Source of the DNA: Sphingomicrobium sp.
Lineage (GTDB): Bacteria > Pseudomonadota > Alphaproteobacteria > Sphingomonadales > Sphingomonadaceae
Direction of reading: 5' to 3'
Assembly: GCA_035536015.1 (NCBI GenBank)
Contig: DATLOY010000003.1
Span: 1-55,111 of the forward strand
Length of the DNA: 55,111 nt
Made by a program: the position numbers and the translations under genes. How positions within the stretch are numbered: position 1 is the first letter of the stretch; each line of letters opens with the position of its first letter. The notes below the pieces were generated by a model. That model saw nothing but the letters and a program-made list of their open reading frames with translations, made no database searches and was not told the origin of the DNA. Below are positions 9,362-17,909 of this stretch, piece by piece.

Positions 9362-10348
9362 TTACCTCAGCGGCTTGCAATAATGGTTTCGCTCAACAGG
9401 CGAGGAACGCAGCCGAGTGCTCAGATAATAATCCGCGGCTTCCCGGGCATAGTCGCGATGCGCGTCGTCGATGAACCGGGCGTCGTCCTTCATCCAACCG
9501 TCCACGCACTGTTGCTTCGCGGCAGTTGAATGACCACAATCGACAAAGTTCTCGTAAGCCTTCTTCCAGGCCCGAAAGCCGTCTCGGTTCATGACTGGGC
9601 CGTGACCCGGGATCAGACGTTGGAAAGGCGCCCGTTCGATTTCGCCGAGGGCCTTGCGCCATCCTTCCGCACAGGCGGTATCCATGAAGGGTACGATATC
9701 GACGACGAGGTCGCCAACAATCGCGACGCGGGTCGCTGGATCGTAAAGCCAGACGTCGCCTTCGGTCGCAGCGAACCTGGCAAGATGCACATCCAACACC
9801 CGCCCGGCGATCGTCATTCGCCCGGACTTGGTGACCACATGGTTTGGACGAATGCGATCCGGATGATCGATGACCGAACGCCCGCGCGCAAGCTCGGCTT
9901 TCACCGTTTCAGGAACCTTGGGATCGGCGAGCATCTTGTCGCCCTCCTCTCGTCCCTGCTTGAGAAACGTCGCGAGGGCACCCTCGAGTGCGTTGCTGGC
10001 ATAGACTGCGACGCGCGGATAGGCCTGCCTTATGTCCCAATTGCCGGTCGTGTGATCGAGATGCCAATGGCTGTTGACGATTGCCGCGATCGGCCGTCCC
10101 CGCTCCTTCGCATAAGCGAGGATCGCCCGCGCATGTTCGGGGTGCCGGCCCGTATCGATCACGATCAGGCCCTTCGGCGCATCAAGGATGATCGTGTTTC
10201 CGTCGGGACCTTTGTTCGCGGAGACCTGGCCGGGGATGAGGTGAAACGGTTCGCGAGATTGCGCCGCGCCCGCAAACAGCAATGCCACAGCCAAGGTTGA
10301 CGCTCGAAGCACGCCTTCGAGCAGGCGAATTGTCGCAGCTTTCGTCAA
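9362..10348 (-). CDS. Secreted MBL-fold metallo-hydrolase
   Basis: Signal peptide; VIDTG, SHWHLDH (HxHxDH), GDLV, IPGHG. Confidence 0.88.
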   Translation of the reverse strand: MTKAATIRLLEGVLRASTLAVALLFAGAAQSREPFHLIPGQVSANKGPDGNTIILDAPKGLIVIDTGRHPEHARAILAYAKERGRPIAAIVNSHWHLDHTTGNWDIRQAYPRVAVYASNALEGALATFLKQGREEGDKMLADPKVPETVKAELARGRSVIDHPDRIRPNHVVTKSGRMTIAGRVLDVHLARFAATEGDVWLYDPATRVAIVGDLVVDIVPFMDTACAEGWRKALGEIERAPFQRLIPGHGPVMNRDGFRAWKKAYENFVDCGHSTAAKQQCVDGWMKDDARFIDDAHRDYAREAADYYLSTRLRSSPVERNHYCKPLR

Positions 10349-10373
10349 TCAAAGCGCATCGAACGACCGCCGA

Positions 10374-11093
10374 TCAGCGGTGAACGGCAGCGATCAGGTA
10401 ATTGAGACGCAAGTCGTCACTGAGGTGCAGGCCGCGCGCCGGCGACCAGGCAATGCCTTCCACGTCGAGGCATTTGAGGCCGGCCTCGGCGAGCAGGACC
10501 TTCATCCGATCCGGCGCGATGAATTTGTCGAAATCGTGCGTGCCTTTGGGGATCCGTCCCAGACCCTCGCCGATCGTGATCATCATGAGCCTGGACCAGC
10601 CTGTCGCGTTTGGCGTCGACATGATCAGCAATCCGTTGGGCGCAAGCCGAGACGCAAGTGACTTCAAAAACGCCGCGGGATCAGCGACGTGCTCGATGAC
10701 TTCCATCGATGTGACCAGATCGAACTGGCCTTCGAGCGACTCCACCGCGCCCGCGCGATAGTCGATTGGCAAGCCGATTTTGGCGGCATGGCCCCGCGCG
10801 ACTTCGATCAGTTCCGGTGCGGCATCTATTCCCACAACGCGGGCCCCGAGGCGCGCCAGCGGCTCGGCCAGCAGCCCAGCCCCGCAGCCGGCGTCGAGCG
10901 CCGTCTTCCCTTCGAGCGGGGTCCGAACGTGTTCGTCGCACTGCCAATGCTGGTCGATCATGTCGCGGATGTATTTGAGGCGCACAGGGTTGAGCTTGTG
11001 CAGCATCGCCTCGGACCCGTTCGGGTCCCACCAGTCGCCGGCATGGCTGGCGAACTGTTCGATCTCGTCGGCGACGATGCTTGTTTCCGTCAT
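10374..11093 (-). CDS. ubiG: Ubiquinone biosynthesis O-methyltransferase
   Basis: WWDPNG...LHKLNPVRL, DAGCGAGLL, MEVIEHV, PKGTHD; AGGAGG RBS. Confidence 0.96.
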   Translation of the reverse strand: MTETSIVADEIEQFASHAGDWWDPNGSEAMLHKLNPVRLKYIRDMIDQHWQCDEHVRTPLEGKTALDAGCGAGLLAEPLARLGARVVGIDAAPELIEVARGHAAKIGLPIDYRAGAVESLEGQFDLVTSMEVIEHVADPAAFLKSLASRLAPNGLLIMSTPNATGWSRLMMITIGEGLGRIPKGTHDFDKFIAPDRMKVLLAEAGLKCLDVEGIAWSPARGLHLSDDLRLNYLIAAVHR

Positions 11094-11135
11094 TGGCGCC
11101 TCCTAACAGGCCGCGATCTTCGACCCAAGGAGTAA

Positions 11136-11354
11136 GGGCCTGGAAGTGCTATCGGCGAGGCCGCGATGGAGACGATAAAGTGTTCTGGGAGTGAGCGAGT
11201 GAAGCGGAATAGCAAAAGCTATTTAGCGAGCGAGCAAGCGCTCCAGGGCGCTTTTGCGTCCCACCCGAAGGGCATGGCTCCGCCGGCGCCGGATCGTCGT
11301 CCATCATCCGGCAGGAGCCATGTCACGGCTCTCGCTGGTAGCGCTTCCAGGCCC
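11136..11354. mobile_element. Putative MITE-like or structured palindromic insertion, 219 bp, flanked by TAA direct repeats
   Basis: Ends GGGCCTGGAAGTGCTATCGGCGAG and CTCGCTGGTAGCGCTTCCAGGCCC are imperfect inverted repeats; TAA at 11133-11135 and 11355-11357; several nested internal hairpins. Confidence 0.6.
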
Positions 11355-11356
11355 TA

Positions 11357-12589
11357 ATGCCCCGCATCGTGATGAAATTCGGCGGAACGTCGATGGCGGG
11401 CATCGAGCGCATCCGCCACGTCGCGGAGCGCGTGCGGCGCGAGGCCGATACCGGCAATGAGGTGCTGGTCGTCGTCTCGGCAATGGCCGGTGAGACGGAT
11501 CGCCTCGTCCAGCTATGCCGCGAGGCCGCGGCCCTCCACGATCCCAAGGAATATGATGTGGTCGTGGCGAGCGGTGAGCAGGTGACCGCGGGACTGCTGG
11601 CCATGACCTTGCAGAACATGGGCCTCAACGCGCGCAGCTTCATGGGCTGGCAGCTGGTGAAGGCATCAGGCGTGCATGGCAATGCGCGCGTCGAGGCCGT
11701 CGAATCGGCAACATTGGATGAAGCGCTGAGCGGCGGGACGGTGGCGGTGATTCCCGGCTTCCAGGGAATGTCGACCGATGGGAGATTGGCGACTCTCGGA
11801 CGCGGGGGATCGGATACATCGGCCGTCGCGATCGCGGCCGGCGTGAAGGCCGACCGCTGCGACATCTACACCGATGTTGACGGCGTCTACACGACGGATC
11901 CGCGCATTGTGCCGAACGCCCGCAAGCTCGATCAGGTGACGTTCGAGGAAATGCTCGAACTCGCCGGCGTCGGCGCCAAAGTGTTGCAGGTTCGCTCCGT
12001 CGGGCTTGCCATGCGCGAGAATTTGCCATTGCGCGTATTGTCGGCGTTCGAGGACAAGCCGGGTACGGACATTGTCGCCGAGCTTTCAGGAGATGAAATG
12101 GAAAGAAACCTGATTGCCGGTATTGCGGCCGACCGCAACGAGGCGCGGGTTACGCTGACCGGCGTTCCTGACCAGCCGGGCACGGTGGCGCAAGTCATCG
12201 CTCCGCTGGCTGAGGCTGGACTTCAGGTCGACATGATCGTCCACGCGGCAACTCCCAACACCGGCGCGTCGGACCTCACCTTCACGGTTCCGCGCGCCAG
12301 CCTTGCCCAGGCGATGTCGGTGATCGAACAGCGGAAGGGCGAGATCGGCTATGCCGGCCTGATCCACGACGATGCCGTGGCAAAGGTCAGCATCGTCGGT
12401 GTCGGCATCCGATCGAACCCTCAGCTCGCCGCGAAAATGTTCGAAGTGCTCGCCGAACGAAAGATCAACCTGCTCGCGGTTTCGTCGAGCGAGATCAAGG
12501 TGAGTGCACTCATCTCCGAATCCGAGCTCGAACTCGCGGTTCGCGTGCTTCACTCGGCCTTCGGCCTCGACGCGGAGCAGGCAGCATGA
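11357..12589 (+). CDS. lysC: Aspartate kinase
   Basis: KFGGTS, VVVSAMAGETD, TLGRGGSDTSAV, YTDVDGVYTTDPR, two C-terminal ACT domains. Confidence 0.97.
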   Translation: MPRIVMKFGGTSMAGIERIRHVAERVRREADTGNEVLVVVSAMAGETDRLVQLCREAAALHDPKEYDVVVASGEQVTAGLLAMTLQNMGLNARSFMGWQLVKASGVHGNARVEAVESATLDEALSGGTVAVIPGFQGMSTDGRLATLGRGGSDTSAVAIAAGVKADRCDIYTDVDGVYTTDPRIVPNARKLDQVTFEEMLELAGVGAKVLQVRSVGLAMRENLPLRVLSAFEDKPGTDIVAELSGDEMERNLIAGIAADRNEARVTLTGVPDQPGTVAQVIAPLAEAGLQVDMIVHAATPNTGASDLTFTVPRASLAQAMSVIEQRKGEIGYAGLIHDDAVAKVSIVGVGIRSNPQLAAKMFEVLAERKINLLAVSSSEIKVSALISESELELAVRVLHSAFGLDAEQAA

Positions 12590-13644
12590 GCGGCGAAGGC
12601 CTGATCGCCGAACCCCGTGCAGTTCACGCCAGCGCCGGCCATGCTCGGCTCAAGGAGCTGATGCATCGCGGCACCGAGTTCCTCGGCTGCGACGTCGCGA
12701 TCATGGGCGGCGCGATGAGCTGGATTTCCGAACGCCACCTCGTCGCGGCCATTTCGGACGCGGGCGGCTTCGGAGTGATCGCCTGCGGGGCCATGAGTCC
12801 CGAACTGCTCGAGACGGAAATCGCCGAGACTAAGAAGCGCACCGGCCGGCCATTCGGCGTCAACCTCATCACCATGCACCCGCAGCTCTCCGAGCTGATC
12901 GACACTTGCGCCAGGCAGGGCGTGAGCCATGTGGTACTCGCCGGTGGACTTCCACCGGGCGGTGCAATCGAGCGGATCAAGGCAAGCGGTGCAAAGCTGG
13001 TCTGCTTCGCGCCCGCGCTCGCGCTGGCGAAGAAGCTGATGCGATCGGGTGCGGATGCGCTCGTCATCGAGGGCATGGAGGCCGGCGGACATATTGGACC
13101 GGTGTCGACCTCAGTGCTCGCGCAGGAGATCCTGCCTGTCGTGAGCAAGGACATCCCCGTGTTCGTTGCCGGCGGCATCGGCCGCGGGGAAGCCATCGCG
13201 GCCTATCTGGAAATGGGCGCGGTCGGCGTCCAGCTCGGCACCCGTTTCGTCTGCGCCCACGAATGCATCGCCCATCCGAACTTCAAGAAGGCTTTCATCC
13301 GGGCTTCGGCGCGCGATGCCATCCCCTCCGTGCAGATCGACCCGCGATTGCCCGTCATTCCGGTGCGCGCCCTCAAGAATCAGGAGATGGTCAATTTCGC
13401 GGCCAAGCAGCGCGAGGTCGCCGACCTGCTCGACAAGGGCTCGGTCGAGATGGCCGAGGCGCAGCTCCAGATCGAGCATTATTGGGCCGGAGCCTTGCGC
13501 CGCGCCGTGATCGATGGCGATGTCGAGTCGGGCTCCGTCATGGCTGGCCAGTCGGTGGGCATGGTCAACCGGGAAGAGCCCGTCGCCGCGATCATCCAGG
13601 AGCTGATCGACGAAGCGGCCGCAGCGCTCGAAAGCCGCGGTTAG
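12586..13644 (+). CDS. Nitronate monooxygenase/FabK-family FMN oxidoreductase
   Basis: IMGGAMSW, PFGVNL, EGMEAGGHIG, AGGIGRG, GVQLGTRF, MAGQSVG. Confidence 0.88.
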   Translation: MSGEGLIAEPRAVHASAGHARLKELMHRGTEFLGCDVAIMGGAMSWISERHLVAAISDAGGFGVIACGAMSPELLETEIAETKKRTGRPFGVNLITMHPQLSELIDTCARQGVSHVVLAGGLPPGGAIERIKASGAKLVCFAPALALAKKLMRSGADALVIEGMEAGGHIGPVSTSVLAQEILPVVSKDIPVFVAGGIGRGEAIAAYLEMGAVGVQLGTRFVCAHECIAHPNFKKAFIRASARDAIPSVQIDPRLPVIPVRALKNQEMVNFAAKQREVADLLDKGSVEMAEAQLQIEHYWAGALRRAVIDGDVESGSVMAGQSVGMVNREEPVAAIIQELIDEAAAALESRG

Positions 13645-13684
13645 GCTGATGGCGCGTCGCGCCGCCATCTGATAGCGCTCGGCC

Positions 13685-15952
13685 ATGCCGACCTCCGCTG
13701 CCGTTTCCGCCAGAGAGATCCTGACCGGTCTCCATGACGTGATGGGTGCTCGCGGTTCGGTGCAATCCAAGCTCGACCGTGTCGTCGACCTCATCGCCGA
13801 CAAGATGCAAAGCGAGGTTTGCTCCATCTATCTCCTGCGCGACAACAAGCTCGAGCTGTTCGCGACACACGGCCTGCGCAAGGAAGCGGTTCACATCACG
13901 CGGCTGCGGATGGGCGAAGGTTTGGTGGGCACGATCGCCGCCGAAGGCCGGATCCTCAATTTGGCCGAAGCCGCAGACCATCCGGCCTTCGCTTACCGGC
14001 CCGAAACCGGCGAAGAGCGCTTTCACAGCTTCGCCGGCGTGCCCATCGTCCGGCTCGAAAGCCCGATCGGAGTGCTCGCCGTCCAGCATGCGGAGCCGCG
14101 CCGCTACGAGGACGTCGAAATCGAGGCATTGCAGACCGTTGCGATGGTCCTGTCGGAGATGATCGCGGGCGCGCGACTTGTCGACGGAGCTCGCCGCGGA
14201 CGCCTGCGCAGCGCGGGGCCTCTTCGTCTTTCGGGTCTCAAGCTGGTCGCTGGCATGGCGAAGGGCCACGCCGTGTTCCACGAGCCCAGGGTCATTGTCG
14301 AACACACAGTCGCCGACGACATCGAGGCCGAGCGCGACCGGGTCTATTCGGCCTTCCGCAAGATGCGCGAGCAGATCGACAATATGGCAAAGGAGGCCGA
14401 GTTCGGCACTGCCGGCGAACATCAGGAGATCCTCGAGACCTACCGCATGTTTGCCTATGACGAGGGATGGTCGCGGCGGATCAACGAAGCGATCGACAGC
14501 GGACTCACAGCCGAGGCGGCGATCGAACGGGTCCAGCAGCGCACCCGGGCTCGCATGCGCGAGATCGACGATCCCTTGCTCCAGGAGCGGATGCACGACC
14601 TGGAGGACCTCTCGAACCGGCTGCTTCGAATCGTCTCGGGCCGGATGGGCACCGCGGCGCAGACCGGCCTGGCGCACGATACCGTGCTGATCGCTCGCAA
14701 CCTCGGGCCGGCCGAGCTTCTCGAATATGATCGCCGACGGCTGAAAGGCGTCCTGCTCGAGGAAGGCTCCCTCACCTCCCACATGGTGATCGTCGCAAGG
14801 GCCATTGGAGTACCGGTGATCGGACGCCTCGCGGACATCCGGCACAGCGTCGAGGAAGGTGAAGCGATCCTCGTCGACGGCGACAACGGCAGCATCATCA
14901 TCCGTCCGAACCGCCAGCTGCTATCCAATTTCGAACACCGGATGACCTTGAGCCAGAAGCGCCGCGCCGAGTTCGCGGCGGTGAAGGCGCTCCCGGCCGT
15001 GACGAAGGATGGGCTGAAGGTCAGCGTGATGGTCAATGCGGGCCTCGCCGAGGACGCGGCTGCTCTTCCGATGACCGGCGCCGACGGGATCGGCCTGTTC
15101 CGCACAGAATTCCAGTTCCTCGTCTCGGCGACGTTGCCCGGACGCGAACGCCAGCACCGGCTCTACACGAAGGTCCTCAAGGCCGCGGGCAAGCGGCCGG
15201 TCGTGTTCCGGACGGTGGACATCGGCGGGGACAAGGCCCTGCCCTATCTGGCCGACGTCCATGAGGAGGCCGAAAACCCGGCGATGGGCTGGCGGGCGCT
15301 CCGCCTCTCGCTGGAACGCTCGACGCTGATGCGGGCGCAGGCGAGAGCGCTCATTGACGCTTCCGGGGGCATGGTTCTGAGGGTCATGTTCCCCATGGTT
15401 TCCGAGCCTTGGGAATATGAAGAAGCGCGGGCCTTGTTCGAAGAACAGGTGGAATGGTCGCGGAAGAGCCACAGGAAGCTTCCGACACGAATCGAATATG
15501 GCGCCATGTTGGAAGTCCCGGCCCTTGCAGAGGCGCTGGATCAGCTCCTCCCGCGCGTCGATTTCCTCTCGATCGGAACGAACGACCTGACGCAGTTCCT
15601 ATTCGCGGCCGATCGTTCGGATCCCCGGCTCGCGCTTCGCTACGACTGGCTGAGTCCCGCGATCCTGCGTTTCCTGAAGCGCGTGCTGGACGCCTGCAGG
15701 AAAGCTGATGTCCCGGCGCGAATCTGCGGAGAAATGGCGGGGCGGCCGTTGGAGGCGATGGCGCTGATCGGCATTGGCGCCGAGAATTTCTCGATCACAC
15801 CGGCGGGCGTTGGTCCGGTGAAAGCCATGGTTCGTTCGCTCGACGCGGGAGCGGCGAAGGCGCGCCTCGACCAGCTTCTGTCCAAGCCGCCAAAGGACAT
15901 TCGCAAGGCGCTGATGGACTGGGCACGACGCCACTCGGTCACAATCGGTTGA
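13685..15952 (+). CDS. ptsP: Phosphoenolpyruvate-protein phosphotransferase EI(Ntr)
   Basis: N-terminal GAF domain (SEVCSIYL), phospho-His GSLTSH, GIGLFRTEF, ENPAMGWRA, SIGTNDLTQ, ICGE. Confidence 0.97.
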   Translation: MPTSAAVSAREILTGLHDVMGARGSVQSKLDRVVDLIADKMQSEVCSIYLLRDNKLELFATHGLRKEAVHITRLRMGEGLVGTIAAEGRILNLAEAADHPAFAYRPETGEERFHSFAGVPIVRLESPIGVLAVQHAEPRRYEDVEIEALQTVAMVLSEMIAGARLVDGARRGRLRSAGPLRLSGLKLVAGMAKGHAVFHEPRVIVEHTVADDIEAERDRVYSAFRKMREQIDNMAKEAEFGTAGEHQEILETYRMFAYDEGWSRRINEAIDSGLTAEAAIERVQQRTRARMREIDDPLLQERMHDLEDLSNRLLRIVSGRMGTAAQTGLAHDTVLIARNLGPAELLEYDRRRLKGVLLEEGSLTSHMVIVARAIGVPVIGRLADIRHSVEEGEAILVDGDNGSIIIRPNRQLLSNFEHRMTLSQKRRAEFAAVKALPAVTKDGLKVSVMVNAGLAEDAAALPMTGADGIGLFRTEFQFLVSATLPGRERQHRLYTKVLKAAGKRPVVFRTVDIGGDKALPYLADVHEEAENPAMGWRALRLSLERSTLMRAQARALIDASGGMVLRVMFPMVSEPWEYEEARALFEEQVEWSRKSHRKLPTRIEYGAMLEVPALAEALDQLLPRVDFLSIGTNDLTQFLFAADRSDPRLALRYDWLSPAILRFLKRVLDACRKADVPARICGEMAGRPLEAMALIGIGAENFSITPAGVGPVKAMVRSLDAGAAKARLDQLLSKPPKDIRKALMDWARRHSVTIG

Positions 15953-16007
15953 CAGCGGCACCGCAGCCTTCAATCAGGGAACTCCAAGGGGAAGGTAAGG
16001 CCTGTCG

Positions 16008-16919
16008 ATGGACGAAGAGGTTTTCGAACAGACGGACGTTCCGACCGTTGGCGACCAGCTACGATCTGCGCGCGAGGGAAAAGGCCTGAGCCTCGAGGAC
16101 ATCGCAGCCCAGACTCGCATCCCTCGCCGACACCTTGAGAGCCTGGAAACCGGCGACTGGGACAAGCTTCCCGCCCCCACCTATACGATCGGGTTCGCCA
16201 AGAGCTACGCTTCGGCGGTCGGTCTCGATCGCGTGGACATCGGAGAGCAGCTTCGGGCCGAGATGGGCGGCTATCGCAGTGCTGCGACCACCGCCGAAGT
16301 CTTCGAACCGGCCGATCCGGCGCGCACCATGCCGAAGGGCCTGGTTCTCGGTGCGATCGCCGCTGTGCTGGTGCTGATCGGCCTCATGACATGGCTCAGC
16401 AACCGTTCGCTCGAGCAGCCGGACGAGAACAACAATGTGGCAGCAGCCGCGCCCGTCCCGGAACCGTCCGCGCCCGCGGCACCTGCTCAGGCGACGCCGG
16501 CGGCGGCGGTCGGTCAACCGGTGGTCCTCAATGCGATCGAGCCAGTGTGGCTGCAGGTTTCGGAAAAGGGCGGAGCGACACTGTTCTCCGGCATGCTGCA
16601 GCCCGGGCAAAACTTTGCCGTCCCAACGACTGCGACCGCGCCCGTTCTGAAGACAGGAAAGCCCGAAGCGCTCCGTGTTACCATCGGCAATCAGGTCGCA
16701 CCGCCGGTTGGACCGCCGGCGACGACGGTCAGCAACGTCAGCCTGCTCGCGGCCGACCTGATGAGCCGGGGGCAATCAACCCAAAATGCGGCGGCATCGG
16801 TTCCTTCGCGTCCGACAGCTCGGCCTGTTCGCGAGCCCGCCGCAACGATTTCCCCTGCCCAGGCGCCCGCCACTCCGCCCGCCGGGAATCCTGCACCGAC
16901 CACCAACACCGGCGAATAG
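16008..16919 (+). CDS. rodZ: RodZ-like HTH membrane protein (DUF4115)
   Basis: N-terminal XRE-like HTH (VGDQLRSARE...YTIGFAKSYA), single TM helix, periplasmic VWLQV...LKTGKPEAL domain. Confidence 0.85.
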   Translation: MDEEVFEQTDVPTVGDQLRSAREGKGLSLEDIAAQTRIPRRHLESLETGDWDKLPAPTYTIGFAKSYASAVGLDRVDIGEQLRAEMGGYRSAATTAEVFEPADPARTMPKGLVLGAIAAVLVLIGLMTWLSNRSLEQPDENNNVAAAAPVPEPSAPAAPAQATPAAAVGQPVVLNAIEPVWLQVSEKGGATLFSGMLQPGQNFAVPTTATAPVLKTGKPEALRVTIGNQVAPPVGPPATTVSNVSLLAADLMSRGQSTQNAAASVPSRPTARPVREPAATISPAQAPATPPAGNPAPTTNTGE

Positions 16920-16949
16920 GATTCATCGACGGCTAAGCCGCGAGGGAGC

Positions 16950-17891
16950 ATGGCGGTCATCTCGCAAGCGTGGGGAATCAAAGTGAAGTCATTGCGTAGA
17001 AATGCCGTCGTCCTGGCGTGCACCGGAGCGGCGCTTGTCTCGGTCCAGGCGCTCGCCCAGCGCCCGCAACCGTCTCCCGAACAACGGATCGAGCGCCTCG
17101 AAAAGCAATTGCAGCAGGTTCAAAGACAGGTGTTTCCGCGCGGGCGGCCGGCAGACACGGCCGGTTTCTCCGACGAGCCCGCGGCAACTCAGTCGTCAGT
17201 GACCACGCTCGACCAGCGGCTGGATTCGCTGGAGCGCCAGATGAGCGACCTCATCCGTCAGTCAGAAGAGAACGGACACCGCCTGCAGACGATGGAAAGC
17301 GATCTCGCCAAGTCTCGATCCGACCAGGACCAGCGCATTGCGACACTGGAACAGCGCGTGAGCGACGCAGCGGCCGCGTCCGCGGTGCCGACACAGGGAC
17401 CGTCGCCGACTACGATCCCTCCGCCCAGGGCTGCGCCCACCAAATCCGTCGCGATCAAGGCGCCGCAGACTGCCGCACCGGCAACCGATGAGGCGGCTGC
17501 AGATGCGGGCGAAATTGCCTACACGGATGCTTTCCACCTGTGGGAATCTGGTCAATTCGACCAGGCGATCAGCTCGCTGAGGGCGTTCACTTCCGCTTAC
17601 CCGGGCCATCGGCGGGTCAGCTACGCCAATAATCTGATCGGCCGTTCGCTGATCGAGAAGGGCCAGCTGGAGAAGGCCGCCGCAGTTCTCCTCGCCAATT
17701 ATCGTTCCAACCCGCAGGGCGAGCGAGCCGCGGACAGCCTCTATTATCTGGGCCAGGCGGAAATGAAGCTCGGCCAGCCGGGCCAGGCGTGCAAGGCCTA
17801 TGCCGAGCTCGACGCAGTGTATGGTGCGAAGACGCGCGCTGATCTCAAGAAGCTGCTGACGGACGCCAAAACACAGGCTCAGTGCAGCTGA
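16950..17891 (+). CDS. cpoB: CpoB/YbgF-like periplasmic coiled-coil TPR protein
   Basis: Signal peptide, coiled coil, TPR motifs (RAADSLYYLGQA...QACKAY); lies upstream of tilS; start may be slightly downstream. Confidence 0.82.
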   Translation: MAVISQAWGIKVKSLRRNAVVLACTGAALVSVQALAQRPQPSPEQRIERLEKQLQQVQRQVFPRGRPADTAGFSDEPAATQSSVTTLDQRLDSLERQMSDLIRQSEENGHRLQTMESDLAKSRSDQDQRIATLEQRVSDAAAASAVPTQGPSPTTIPPPRAAPTKSVAIKAPQTAAPATDEAAADAGEIAYTDAFHLWESGQFDQAISSLRAFTSAYPGHRRVSYANNLIGRSLIEKGQLEKAAAVLLANYRSNPQGERAADSLYYLGQAEMKLGQPGQACKAYAELDAVYGAKTRADLKKLLTDAKTQAQCS

Positions 17892-17909
17892 TGTGCTAGG
17901 GGTTGGGGC

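Noticed and set aside
9362-10348. Metallo-beta-lactamase resistance gene
   Set aside because: Only the fold-level motif is visible; it lacks the B1 Cys ligand position and has no mobile context
11136-11354. Canonical lysine riboswitch upstream of aspartate kinase
   Set aside because: The position fits and the 3' end GGTAGCGCT resembles it loosely, but the conserved 5' AGAGGYGC core and kissing-loop arms are not evident, and a continuous 25-bp outer stem with TAA repeats is unlike that family
13592-14845. 417-aa minus-strand ORF, and similar long antisense ORFs over ftsH, serA, mnmA and the RND genes
   Set aside because: Antisense to well-conserved genes; no independent coding signal
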